From positions 1 through 64,000 of the forward strand of contig CBDCOX010000002.1 in the NCBI GenBank assembly GCA_965219995.1: 64,000 nt of DNA, read 5' to 3'. Shown here one piece after another: positions 47,066 to 57,709 of the stretch; the first letter of the stretch is position 1, and each line of letters opens with the position of its first letter. The notes below the pieces were generated by a model. The model ran no database searches and was not told the DNA's origin. It worked only from the letters and a program-made list of their open reading frames with translations. The DNA comes from Candidatus Latescibacterota bacterium (GTDB taxonomy: Bacteria; Latescibacterota; UBA2968; GCA-2709665). The position numbers and the translations under genes were made by a program.

Positions 47066-47803
47066 CTATGGATTCAAACTGAAGGCTTTTGCCTTCCAGT
47101 TGTCGTAAAACCGCCTCGCGTATGCCCTGAAGACGTCCAGACGGCTCGTCACGGCCCGCTCGAAGGCGTATATGGCATCCTCGCCAAGTGTTTCCAGCAG
47201 GGCGTCGTGATAGGCGGGCACCGCATCCCACTCCTTGATCGTCTCCGCCGTGATCTCGATGTGAAACTGGGCGGTGATGGCGTGGTTCCCCATGGACATC
47301 GCCTGTACCGCGCACAATTCGGACGACGCGAGGACTTCCAGTCCATCCGGAACGGTCCTTACCGCCGAACTGTGCCACTGGAGGCAGGGCAGCGCAGGGG
47401 GGAAACCCGCAAAGAAGCCGCTTCTCTTCCCGGATTCCGTCAGGGAAATATCCATCACCCCGACCTCCGGGCTCTCGTTCGGACCGACGTGCCCGCCCAG
47501 GGCCGAGGCCAGCAGCTGATGTCCCAGGCAGATGCCCACGAAGGGCATCTTTTTCTCAGACACGGCGTACCGAATGGCGGCTTTCTCCTCCACCAGCCAC
47601 GGGTACGTCCCCTCCTCCCAAACGTCCATCGGGCCGCCCATTGCCCATAGCGCGTCGTATGCGTCCAGGTCCGGGATAGGTTCTCCTTCATCCAGTTCCA
47701 CGGCGTCCCACCGGATCCCGTCCTCGGCGAAGAATTCCCGGAAGAGGCCCGGGTGTTCCACGTCCAGATGTTGGAAGACCAGTAGTCGTTCAAGGCCCAT
47801 CAT
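47066..47803 (-). CDS. Type 1 glutamine amidotransferase-like protein
   Basis: MGGPM, GICLGHQ nucleophile elbow, QFHIE. Confidence 0.9.
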   Translation of the reverse strand: MMGLERLLVFQHLDVEHPGLFREFFAEDGIRWDAVELDEGEPIPDLDAYDALWAMGGPMDVWEEGTYPWLVEEKAAIRYAVSEKKMPFVGICLGHQLLASALGGHVGPNESPEVGVMDISLTESGKRSGFFAGFPPALPCLQWHSSAVRTVPDGLEVLASSELCAVQAMSMGNHAITAQFHIEITAETIKEWDAVPAYHDALLETLGEDAIYAFERAVTSRLDVFRAYARRFYDNWKAKAFSLNP

Positions 47804-47983
47804 TGCCTCCGGGGTTTTCCTTCTGGATTCCGGTCAAGGGATTCGATATCTTGAACCTGCAGCGTGTGCCCCTCCCCGAGCATGCAGTTCTGAAGCCTGT
47901 GGAACGGCATAAAGATGTCGAAGCAAGGGCCCGGATCAGGGCTCGTGGGTCACCACGTTCAACGTTTTGTGGAGGCGAATTCC

Positions 47984-48697
47984 ATGAATCTGTTGCGAAA
48001 ATGCGGCGCTGAATTCGTCGGCGCCTTCGCCATCGTGCTGGGCGGGTGCGGCGCCGTTGCCGCCAACCAGATCAGCGGCGGCGCCGTCTCGCACGTGGGC
48101 ATCGCGACCGCGTTCGGCCTCATCGTGATGACGATGGTCTACGCCACCGGCCACATCTCGGGCGCACACTTCAATCCCGCCGTGACGATCGCCTTCTCCT
48201 TTACACGTCACTTTCCCAAACGGGAGATCCTCCCGTACATCGCTGCCCAATGTCTGGGCGCCGTCGTCGCCAGCGGCATCCACCTCGCCACCCTGTCGCC
48301 CGTCCTTAGAGCAAGGCTTCCCGGACAGAGACTGGACCTGGGTGTCACCCAGCCTCTGGACGGCGCGTGGACCACGGCGTTCGTCTGGGAGTTCCTGCTC
48401 GCTTTCCTGCTGATGGTCGTGATCATGGCGGTTGCCACGGACTATCGGGCCACGGGCCAGGCAGCCGGCCTTGCCATCGGAGGCACGATCTGGTTCGAAG
48501 CCATGTTCGCCGGTCCCATTTGCGGCGCGTCCATGAATCCCGCCCGCAGCCTGGGTCCGGCCCTGGTTTCCGGCAACTGGCTGCATTTTTCGGCCTATGC
48601 TGCCGGACCCGTTCTGGGCGCGCTTGCCGGCGCGCTCTTCTACGAATTCATCCGCTGCAACCGGGACGGCGGGGCGGAAGCCAGGGGATGCTGCTGA
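47984..48697 (+). CDS. MIP family channel (aquaporin/aquaglyceroporin)
   Basis: AEF, HISGAHFNPA, SMNPARS; GGAGG RBS. Confidence 0.95.
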   Translation: MNLLRKCGAEFVGAFAIVLGGCGAVAANQISGGAVSHVGIATAFGLIVMTMVYATGHISGAHFNPAVTIAFSFTRHFPKREILPYIAAQCLGAVVASGIHLATLSPVLRARLPGQRLDLGVTQPLDGAWTTAFVWEFLLAFLLMVVIMAVATDYRATGQAAGLAIGGTIWFEAMFAGPICGASMNPARSLGPALVSGNWLHFSAYAAGPVLGALAGALFYEFIRCNRDGGAEARGCC

Positions 48698-48761
48698 GGT
48701 CGGACCTGCTGCGATCCAGCGGCGCCGTAGCAGGTCTTCCGGCAGAGTACGGAGAGCCGGC

Positions 48762-49598
48762 TTACAGCACCAGTGCGACGGCGAGAACGGCCAGCGCCAC
48801 CCCGGCCGCGGCGACCCGGTTGAGACGTTCCTTCCATAGGAAATGGGCGGACAGGTTGTCCAGCAGGATCACGCTGCATCCCGTGGCCGGAAAGAACAGG
48901 GTGCCGGGCAGCCGGCTGAGGGCAACCATGATGACGGAAAGCGCCAGCGCGTTGTAGGCGCCCAGGCCGATCCCCGTCGCGAATTCGGGCCGCCTGGGGC
49001 GCCGCATTTTTACCGCAACGAAGATATAGCCGATGGTACCGGCGGTGGCGCCCATGACGGTCAGGATCTGAAGGAATTCCCGGTCCAGGCCGGCATAGTG
49101 GACCGACCGGAGGCAGGAGTGGCTCAGACCCTGCAGAAGGAAAACTGCGAACAACAGTCCGAACGTTTTCCCTCCCCTCTCACGGGCGCTTCCACCCGCA
49201 CCCGAAGTCATCATCATCAATGCGGGAAAGGCAAGGACGATCCCTCCGAGCTGAGAGGGTTCGACCGGCTCCTGCCAGAGCCAGATTCCCAGGGCAACGG
49301 GCACGGCAATGGAGATGCGGAAGGCCGTCAGCACGGCCCCGACGGACGCGATTTCAAGGACGCGCATCATCAACGACATCGAACTGATGAACACGGCGCC
49401 CGTAATCAGGCCGGTCTGCAACGCCGCCGGCGAAAACGTGAACCGGCCGGTGGCCAGAAGATAGGCGGAAAGGACCGCACAGAGCACCAGGTAATTCGTA
49501 GATACGACGACGGGCGCGTAATAGCCCCTGCGCTGAGAGAACTTGCAGATCTGGACAAATCCGAAATCGAGCAGAATCGCGAATATCAGCCAGGACAA
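48762..49598 (-). CDS. DMT/EamA family transporter
   Basis: About 10 TM segments with internal duplication (W.EP, WKERL). Start uncertain (TTG 49598). Confidence 0.8.
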   Translation of the reverse strand: MSWLIFAILLDFGFVQICKFSQRRGYYAPVVVSTNYLVLCAVLSAYLLATGRFTFSPAALQTGLITGAVFISSMSLMMRVLEIASVGAVLTAFRISIAVPVALGIWLWQEPVEPSQLGGIVLAFPALMMMTSGAGGSARERGGKTFGLLFAVFLLQGLSHSCLRSVHYAGLDREFLQILTVMGATAGTIGYIFVAVKMRRPRRPEFATGIGLGAYNALALSVIMVALSRLPGTLFFPATGCSVILLDNLSAHFLWKERLNRVAAAGVALAVLAVALVL

Positions 49599-49852
49599 TA
49601 CAGGCGCCTTTTGCGTCTTCTTCGGCAGATTACCATGGAACAGCACAGAGAGTTCGCGTTCGAGAAGTCCCGCGTGTGTGCCTGGGAGAGGGCTTGAGGA
49701 TACGCCGGTGGGAGGGCGTATGCGCCGTAACGAAGTTGCATGCGGCTGCAGGCGGACCGTTAGAAGGGGCGGGCCGGCAGGCAAGGAGATCTCGACGCGG
49801 GGAGACGGGATGAATCGCCGGAAGAATGGCGAGGGTTTCTATTGGCAGGACA

Positions 49853-50626
49853 CTAATTCCCCCATGCCTCCCGGACCCACGGCACGGCCGCGCGCAAAGG
49901 CGTGATGAACAACTCGATCTGGTAATGCGTCACGTCCTGGACGACAATCATCTCTATCTGAACGTCCGCCTCTTTCAGGGCCCGCACGGTCGTCTCCACG
50001 GGTTCGAACGGAATCACCTCATCGGCGACGCTGTGGATGACCAGCAGGGGAACCTGCCAGTCGACCTCGACGGCATTCTCTTCCGGCACCGCGGCCATGG
50101 GGATGGCCGCCCGGAACATGTCCGGGTGCCGCGCCGCCATATACCAGGCGCCCCGCCCGCCCATGCTGAAACCGGTCACAAGCGTCCTGGTTTCGTCGAT
50201 CATGTAGTTGGCCTTGATTGCCCGGATCAGATCCAGCACATTCTGTTCGCTTTCCGGGTTGTCCCAGCCCTGAACCACCGCTTCAGGCGCCACGATGATC
50301 GCCCCGAGATCCTCCAGCGCGGGCCTGATCAGGGCCTCCAGCAATCGGCTGCCGTAATACGGCACGATCACACCGCCGTAATGCAGCGACAGAATGAGCG
50401 GCGTCGGCTGCCCGGCGTCGAACCCGGACGGTATGAAGATCGTGTACCGCTGGTTTCCGGGCGGCAGCACTCTGTTGTGAATGCCGGGTGTCCGGGGCAT
50501 CCCTTCGTCTGCGGGCCCTGCCGGATCGTCGGACCCGCAGGCTGCCGTCGCGGCTGCAAGCGCTGCCGCCAGCAACCAGTGGACGGCTGGCGATTTTTTG
50601 TTTAACCCCCGGTTTGCGTTTATCAT
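49853..50626 (-). CDS. Exported alpha/beta-hydrolase (esterase/PHB depolymerase-like), possible lipoprotein
   Basis: TAAC lipobox-like, TGFSMGG nucleophile, D and H triad residues. Confidence 0.85.
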   Translation of the reverse strand: MINANRGLNKKSPAVHWLLAAALAAATAACGSDDPAGPADEGMPRTPGIHNRVLPPGNQRYTIFIPSGFDAGQPTPLILSLHYGGVIVPYYGSRLLEALIRPALEDLGAIIVAPEAVVQGWDNPESEQNVLDLIRAIKANYMIDETRTLVTGFSMGGRGAWYMAARHPDMFRAAIPMAAVPEENAVEVDWQVPLLVIHSVADEVIPFEPVETTVRALKEADVQIEMIVVQDVTHYQIELFITPLRAAVPWVREAWGN

Positions 50627-50710
50627 ATCTTTCCCATTGTTTTCACCTTGCATTGAGTTCAATATAAAATAACCACGTCGCATAACAAATCAAGTATTGA
50701 AGGAAGATCC

Positions 50711-52339
50711 ATGACTGGCGCCGATGTCCTGATCCGGAGTCTCAAGGCGCAGAACGTGCGTTGTATCGTCGGCATGCCCGGCAACCAGAATATCGACATT
50801 TACGACGCGCTGTTACGCGCCGGCGGTATCGATCATTACCTCATCCGAAACGAACTGGGCGCAACGCTCCTCGCCAACGGGTATGCCCGCGCGTCGGGCG
50901 AAGTCGGGGTTGCGCTCACCGTCCCGGGGCCCGGCGCCACGAACGCTTCCACGGGTATTGTAGACGCCCACACGGACTGCGTTCCCGTGCTGCTGATTAC
51001 CGGAGGCACCGAAGTCGCCTTCAACGGGCGGGACAGGAGCAAGTGCTTCCACGGCCTGGACCAGGCCGCCTTCTTCGCGCCGATCACCCGGTACTTCGCC
51101 CGGCCGGAGCGCATCGCAGACATTCCCGAAGCCGTCACCGGGGCCTTTGCCGCGCTGCGCGCGCCCAGGCCAGGCCCGGCCGTGATCGAACTGCCCATGG
51201 ACGTTGCCGCCGCGGAAGGGGAGGTCGATGTCCCCGCGTACGTAAGCGGGGACCGGCCCGCGCCGGACCCTGCGGACATCCGACGCGTCGGGGAAGTCAT
51301 CTCGCGCATGGAGCGGCCCGCAATCCTCACGGGCGGCAATACGGCCGATGCGGACGCGGTCTCCGAACTTCGGGCTTTTTCCGAAACGCTGAACGCCCCC
51401 GTCATCTTCAGCCGGCTCGGCAAGGGCGTGTTTCCGGACTCCCATCCGCTGTCCGCCGGTCACTGCCGCGCCCGGCTGGCCAGAAATGTCCTTCAACAGG
51501 CCGACGGGCTGATTGCCGTGGGGTGCCGGTTCACGCAGATCGACACGTCCGGCTGGACGATGGAGTTGCCCTTCGCGCGCGTGCAACTCGATCCGGATCC
51601 GGCGGAACTCGGCCGGGAGATCTCCATCGACGCAGGTGCGGCGGGGGACCTGAAGCAGTCTGTACCCGCGCTGCTGGACGTGCTGAACGAGACCGGAAAA
51701 CCATCCGCCGTCTGGAACGAATGGCTGGAATCATCGCGGGCCGAACTCGCCAGGACCCGCCGGCCGCTGCCGATCATGTCCGCGATGAGAGGGAGTCTCG
51801 ACGCAGACGCCATCGTTTCCGTGGACGTGACCTCGATCGGGTACCGGTCCTTCGATGAATTCCCGATAGACCACCCACGGTGTTTCATGTACCCCTGTCA
51901 CTCGGTCACCCTCGGTTTCGCTGCGCCGGCGGCGATCGGCGCGAAGCTCGCCCAACCCCACCGTCAGGTGGCGGCCTTCTGCGGCGACGGCGGATTTCAG
52001 ATGACCGCTTTCGAGCTGGCAACCGCCGCCGAACACGGCATCGAAGTCATCTGCGTGGTCATCAACGACGGCAGCCTCAGCGCCATCCGGGGCGCGCAGG
52101 CCAAGGCATTCAACGGACGGGTCATCGATACCGACATGGAGACGCCCCGGATTGCCGACCTTGCGCGTTCCATGGGGGCACGTGGCGTGCGCGTGGAAGC
52201 ACCCGATCGTTTTCCGGCGGTTTTCGCCGACGTCATCGGCCTTGAGGGCCCGACGGTCATCGAAGTCGTGATGCAGAAGCAACGCGATGCCCTCATCCGG
52301 CAGGTGCCGTGGCTGTATCCCGATCAACCTGATCGTTAA
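50711..52339 (+). CDS. Thiamine diphosphate-dependent enzyme (acetolactate synthase-like)
   Basis: RNE catalytic Glu, GPGATN, GDGG...NDG ThDP motif. Confidence 0.92.
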   Translation: MTGADVLIRSLKAQNVRCIVGMPGNQNIDIYDALLRAGGIDHYLIRNELGATLLANGYARASGEVGVALTVPGPGATNASTGIVDAHTDCVPVLLITGGTEVAFNGRDRSKCFHGLDQAAFFAPITRYFARPERIADIPEAVTGAFAALRAPRPGPAVIELPMDVAAAEGEVDVPAYVSGDRPAPDPADIRRVGEVISRMERPAILTGGNTADADAVSELRAFSETLNAPVIFSRLGKGVFPDSHPLSAGHCRARLARNVLQQADGLIAVGCRFTQIDTSGWTMELPFARVQLDPDPAELGREISIDAGAAGDLKQSVPALLDVLNETGKPSAVWNEWLESSRAELARTRRPLPIMSAMRGSLDADAIVSVDVTSIGYRSFDEFPIDHPRCFMYPCHSVTLGFAAPAAIGAKLAQPHRQVAAFCGDGGFQMTAFELATAAEHGIEVICVVINDGSLSAIRGAQAKAFNGRVIDTDMETPRIADLARSMGARGVRVEAPDRFPAVFADVIGLEGPTVIEVVMQKQRDALIRQVPWLYPDQPDR

Positions 52340-52372
52340 CCATTTCGGCGCCATAACGGGACGAAAGGAACA

Positions 52373-52572
52373 ATAGCCACAGAAAGCACAAAAAGCACAG
52401 AAGGGAAAGAACGAAGCCGGCGCGTTGTGGAAGTGTGGCAACGCGGATATTCACTCAACAGCACTGGGAGTTCGGTTTTTCAATTTGTGCTTTTGTGCCT
52501 TTTGTGGCCAATGTATTTATGTGCCGGACTGATCGAGCAGGAAGATAGCCACAGAAAGCACAAAAGGCACAG
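52373..52572. repeat. 9-mer (GCACARAAR) repeat cassette: two direct 28-bp copies and one inverted array
   Basis: ATAGCCACAGAAAGCACAAAA(A/G)GCACAG at 52373-52400 and 52545-52572; inverted TTTGTGCTTTTGTGCCTTTTGTGGC at about 52484-52508. Confidence 0.8.
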
Positions 52573-52595
52573 CGCATGTGAGAGAGCGAGGAGCG

Positions 52596-53729
52596 ATGAA
52601 AATAACAGAGGTCAAGACCTTTCCCGTCTTCTACGGTTCCCGCAACTACCTTTTCGTCAAGATCGAAACCGACGAGGGCATCTACGGTGTGGGCGAATTC
52701 GGGATCACGTGGAAAGAGCAGGCCGGCGTCGGCGCGATTCGGCACATGGCCTCCGATCTCATCGGCCAGGACCCGCTCAATATCGAATACATCTGGCAGA
52801 TCCTGTTCCGGGGCGATTTCTTCCCCGGCGGGCGTATCCATATGGCCGCGATCAGCGCGATCGACATTGCCCTGTGGGACATCAAGGGCAAGGCACTGGA
52901 GCAGCCGGTCCATATGCTGCTGGGCGGCAGGCTCCGGGACCGTGTGGTCTGCTACACCGGCATCGGCGGCAGGACGCCGGAAGATACGGCGCATTCCGCC
53001 GAAGAACGTGTCGCCGAAGGGTGGAAATATCTCCGCATGTCCGTTCTGGATCGTGACGGCGTCCTGGAACCCGCAACCGCCGTTCGGGACTCCGTCGCGC
53101 ATTTCGCGGCAGCCCGGGAAGCTGTCGGTCCCAATATCGAAATCTGCATCGACGTACACACGCGGCTGGATCCCCCGGACACCATCCGCCTGGGCCGCAA
53201 ACTGGAACCGTACGATCCGTTTTTCATCGAAGACCCGCTCAGGTGTGAGAACCCGCAGACCTACCGGCTGGTCCGCAACCACGTGAACTGTCCGCTGGCC
53301 GTGGGGGAACACTACGCCACCAAGTGGGAGTTCCGCCAACTCATCGAGGAAGAACTGGCCGACTACGCACGCATCGACCTCTGCATTGTGGGCGGCCTCA
53401 CCGAGGCCCGCAAGGTGGCCAACTGGTGCGAGACCCACTACATCCGGATCGTGCCCCATAACCCGCTCGGTCCGGTTTCGGCCGCCGCCTGCCTCCACCT
53501 GGACGTTGCCACGGACAACTTTGCCGTTCAGGAAGGCGGTCTGGTCGGGCGCACCGTCATGGAGGACCTGTTTCCCGTCCAGGTGCCGTACGAATCGGGT
53601 CACCTCCTGGTGTCCGACCGCCCGGGGCTGGGGGTGGAATTCGACGAGGCCGCGACCGCAAAATACCCGTTCCGGTGGGGGCACGGCCCCCGGCTGCAAC
53701 GGGAAGACGGTTCGTTCACGAACTGGTAG
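52596..53729 (+). CDS. Mandelate racemase/enolase superfamily acid-sugar dehydratase (DgoD-like)
   Basis: IDIALWDIKGK, DVH, IEDP, VGE, PHN, PGLGVE. Confidence 0.9.
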   Translation: MKITEVKTFPVFYGSRNYLFVKIETDEGIYGVGEFGITWKEQAGVGAIRHMASDLIGQDPLNIEYIWQILFRGDFFPGGRIHMAAISAIDIALWDIKGKALEQPVHMLLGGRLRDRVVCYTGIGGRTPEDTAHSAEERVAEGWKYLRMSVLDRDGVLEPATAVRDSVAHFAAAREAVGPNIEICIDVHTRLDPPDTIRLGRKLEPYDPFFIEDPLRCENPQTYRLVRNHVNCPLAVGEHYATKWEFRQLIEEELADYARIDLCIVGGLTEARKVANWCETHYIRIVPHNPLGPVSAAACLHLDVATDNFAVQEGGLVGRTVMEDLFPVQVPYESGHLLVSDRPGLGVEFDEAATAKYPFRWGHGPRLQREDGSFTNW

Positions 53730-53820
53730 GCATACCGGGAGGCGTATGCAGGAGTGTGGCGGGATACAGGACGCGGCACGGACGGGAGCACGACAGCGCA
53801 AGTGAGATGAATTCATAGAA

Positions 53821-53851
53821 AAAGGGTTACGCCGAACTGGCGTAACCCTTT
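53821..53851. terminator. Bidirectional rho-independent terminator
   Basis: AAAGGGTTACGCC-GAACT-GGCGTAACCCTTT perfect stem between convergent units. Confidence 0.88.
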
Positions 53852-53860
53852 GATTGTTTT

Positions 53861-53947
53861 TGGTGCCGAAGCCGAGACTCGAACTCGGACGGGCATGCGC
53901 CCACTGCGCCCTCAACACAGCGTGTCTACCATTTCCACCACTTCGGC
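53861..53947 (-). tRNA. tRNA-Leu (GAG)
   Basis: Acceptor GCCGAAG/CTTCGGC, anticodon loop TT GAG GG, long variable arm, CCA. Lies downstream of secG. Confidence 0.97.
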
Positions 53948-54037
53948 AAAATGGAACCGGTTGTCTGCCGTACCGATCGGACCGGCGGCACGACCGACAG
54001 TGGCTGTCGTTCGGATTCGGGAAGTCGCCGGGAGTCG

Positions 54038-54433
54038 TTACCGAACTGTATCGGCGGGTGAAGTTGCCGGCCGGGTACGTTCGGAAGCCGCACCCCGTCC
54101 GGACTGGTCGAGCGGCTGAGGCAGGCCGGACGGCGTGCTCTGAAGCGGCAAGGGCTGTTCCCGGAGGGCACGCTCGGCCGCGCTCTCGGGGATCGAGCTA
54201 TCGCCCCGGGAAGCGTACCAGAGTGCGATGCAGGTCAGAAAAAAAACGACCGCCAGAACGGTGGTTACCTTGCTCAGAAACGTGGCGGCGCCGGCCCCGC
54301 CGAACATCGCGCTTCCGCCGCCGCCGCCCCCGAAAGCGGTGGAGAGGCCGCCCCCTTTGCTGGCCTGCAGCAGAATGGTTACGATCAATACCAGGCAAAC
54401 CAGAACATGAACAATGAGAAGAAGCGTTGTCAT
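54038..54433 (-). CDS. secG: Preprotein translocase subunit SecG
   Basis: ILLQASKGGGL..AFGG, FLSKVT; follows tpiA. Confidence 0.95.
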   Translation of the reverse strand: MTTLLLIVHVLVCLVLIVTILLQASKGGGLSTAFGGGGGGSAMFGGAGAATFLSKVTTVLAVVFFLTCIALWYASRGDSSIPESAAERALREQPLPLQSTPSGLPQPLDQSGRGAASERTRPATSPADTVR

Positions 54434-54459
54434 TGTAGATTCCTAAACCAGGTTGATTC

Positions 54460-55230
54460 CTAAACCAGATCAGGCTGAATGGCAGCCTTTACGATGGCCG
54501 CGAATGCACTGGACTCGAGCGAAGCGCCTCCGATCAATCCGCCGTCGATATCGGACCGGCTGAACAGATCGGCGGCGTTCTCCGGTTTGACGGAACCGCC
54601 GTACTGGATTCGCACCGAACGTGCGACGTGGTCGCCGTACAGGTCCTGAAATCCCCGGCGGATCGAAGCGTGAACGGACTCGGCCTGTTCGGGCGTTGCC
54701 GTCAGGCCCGTGCCAATCGCCCACACGGGTTCGTAGGCGACCACACAATCCAACGCATCCGATGCGTTCACGTCGCTGAAAGCCGCCGAAACCTGCCGCT
54801 GAATCACCCGTTTCGTTTCCCCGGACCGGCGCTCGCCGATGGTTTCACCCACACAGACGATCGGTTTCAGTCCCGCGCCGAGGGCGGCCCTAAGCCGCTG
54901 ATTTACAGTCGTATCCGTTTCGCCGAAGTATGCGCGACGTTCAGAGTGCCCTAATATAACGTACTCACATCCGCATGTCAACAGCATGCCCGCCGAAACC
55001 TCCCCGGTAAACGCCCCTTCATCCGCCCAGTGCAGATTCTGCGCGCCCAACTTCACGGCACTGCTTCCAAGCACGTTACGTACGCGCTCGAGAACCGTGA
55101 AGGCGGGACACACCACGACCTCGACATCCGTCGCGCCGTCCACCGAATCCAGAATCCCCCGCGCGAGGTCCTCCGCCTCGCCCGACGCCATGTGCATTTT
55201 CCAGTTTCCCGCCACAATGGGTACCCGCAT
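54460..55230 (-). CDS. tpiA: Triosephosphate isomerase
   Basis: AGNWKM, GHSERR, AYEPVWAIGTG, YGGSV, GGASL. Confidence 0.98.
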   Translation of the reverse strand: MRVPIVAGNWKMHMASGEAEDLARGILDSVDGATDVEVVVCPAFTVLERVRNVLGSSAVKLGAQNLHWADEGAFTGEVSAGMLLTCGCEYVILGHSERRAYFGETDTTVNQRLRAALGAGLKPIVCVGETIGERRSGETKRVIQRQVSAAFSDVNASDALDCVVAYEPVWAIGTGLTATPEQAESVHASIRRGFQDLYGDHVARSVRIQYGGSVKPENAADLFSRSDIDGGLIGGASLESSAFAAIVKAAIQPDLV

Positions 55231-55270
55231 CCCGGTCTCCGCACGAAATCGCTCAGTCACGCCTGGTGTT

Positions 55271-56464
55271 TCACAGTTTGCGGTCCGACAGGGCGGCCAC
55301 GCCCGGAAGCACCCTGCCTTCGAGAAATTCCAGGAAGGCCCCGCCGCCCGTTGAAACATGGCCCAGCCTGTCCGCGAGACCGCACGTTGTCAGGGCCCCG
55401 ACCGTTTCTCCGCCGCCGGCGAGGGTATTGGCGCCGCGCGACGACGCCTCCGCAACGGCTCGCGCCACAGCGTGGGTGCCCGGCGCAAAGGCAGGGATCT
55501 CCGATACGCCCATTGGCCCGTTCCACACCACGGACCCGGCCTTCAGGATCTCCTCCGAAAAGGTCGTCCGGGTGTCGGGCCCGATATCGAATCCCTCCAG
55601 GTCCGTCGGCATGGCGTCTCGCGGTACGACCTGAGGTATCGCGTCCTCTCGCGGCTCGACCGCAACCACGCAGTCCGTGGGCAGCAACAGCCGGACGCCC
55701 GAGCCGGCAGCGCGTTTCAGCAGGACTTCCGCCATCCCCACGCGGTCCTCCTCGAGCAGCGACCGTCCGATCTCGAGGCCCATCGCCTTGAAGAACGTGT
55801 ACGCCATACCGCCGCCGATCAGAAGCGTATCCACGAGGGACAGCAGATGCTGAATGATGTCGATCTTTCCGGAAATCTTCGCGCCGCCGAGGACGGCGAC
55901 AAACGGCCTGGCCGGCGCCGACAATGCCTCTTCCAGGGAATCCAGTTCCCGCTGCATCAGGAACCCGGCGGCACAGTCCACGAAATGATGGGTCACGCCT
56001 TCCGTGGACGCGTGCGCCCGGTGCGCCGTGCCGAAAGCGTCGTTCACGTAGGCAGAACCCATTTCACAGAGCTGGCGGGCGAAATCGGGATCGTTCGCTT
56101 CTTCCGCGGCGTGAAACCTCAGATTCTCCAGCAGAACCACGCCATCCGTGCGCTTTGCGAGCGCCTCCGTTTCCGGACCCACGCAATCCGGCGCCATCAG
56201 GACCTCGCGCCCCAACAATTCGCCCAGGCGTTCGGCCACGGGCTTCAGAGAAAATTCGGGATCGACGCGCCCGCCGGGCCTGCCCAGGTGGGACATCAGG
56301 ATCGGAACGCCTCCGTGATCCAGTATAAATCGGACCGTGGGGAGCGCGGCACGGATCCGCGTGTCGTCCCCGACGCCCCCGTTCTGGAGCGGCACGTTGA
56401 AATCCACCCTCACCAGAACCCGCCGTCCGGCAAGCTCCAGATCCGCAATCGAAAGTTTCGCCAT
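55271..56464 (-). CDS. pgk: Phosphoglycerate kinase
   Basis: RVDFNVP, SHLGRP, LENLRF, DAFGTAHRAHAS, WNGPMG, STGGGA. Confidence 0.98.
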   Translation of the reverse strand: MAKLSIADLELAGRRVLVRVDFNVPLQNGGVGDDTRIRAALPTVRFILDHGGVPILMSHLGRPGGRVDPEFSLKPVAERLGELLGREVLMAPDCVGPETEALAKRTDGVVLLENLRFHAAEEANDPDFARQLCEMGSAYVNDAFGTAHRAHASTEGVTHHFVDCAAGFLMQRELDSLEEALSAPARPFVAVLGGAKISGKIDIIQHLLSLVDTLLIGGGMAYTFFKAMGLEIGRSLLEEDRVGMAEVLLKRAAGSGVRLLLPTDCVVAVEPREDAIPQVVPRDAMPTDLEGFDIGPDTRTTFSEEILKAGSVVWNGPMGVSEIPAFAPGTHAVARAVAEASSRGANTLAGGGETVGALTTCGLADRLGHVSTGGGAFLEFLEGRVLPGVAALSDRKL

Positions 56465-56644
56465 ATTGCCAATTCCCGGCGCCAGCTTCTTACCATCATA
56501 AGACAGGGAGCCGTCCTGCGCTCATACCTTGCGTAGTCCGGCTCCCGAAACCCCGCTCACCGGCAGCTCTTCCGAAAGCGGTCAACATATATACGATTTC
56601 TGTGCAACGCCACCCCGGGCCGGACATGCCTTCTGCGGCGGCGT

Positions 56645-57709
<1,065 letters not shown>

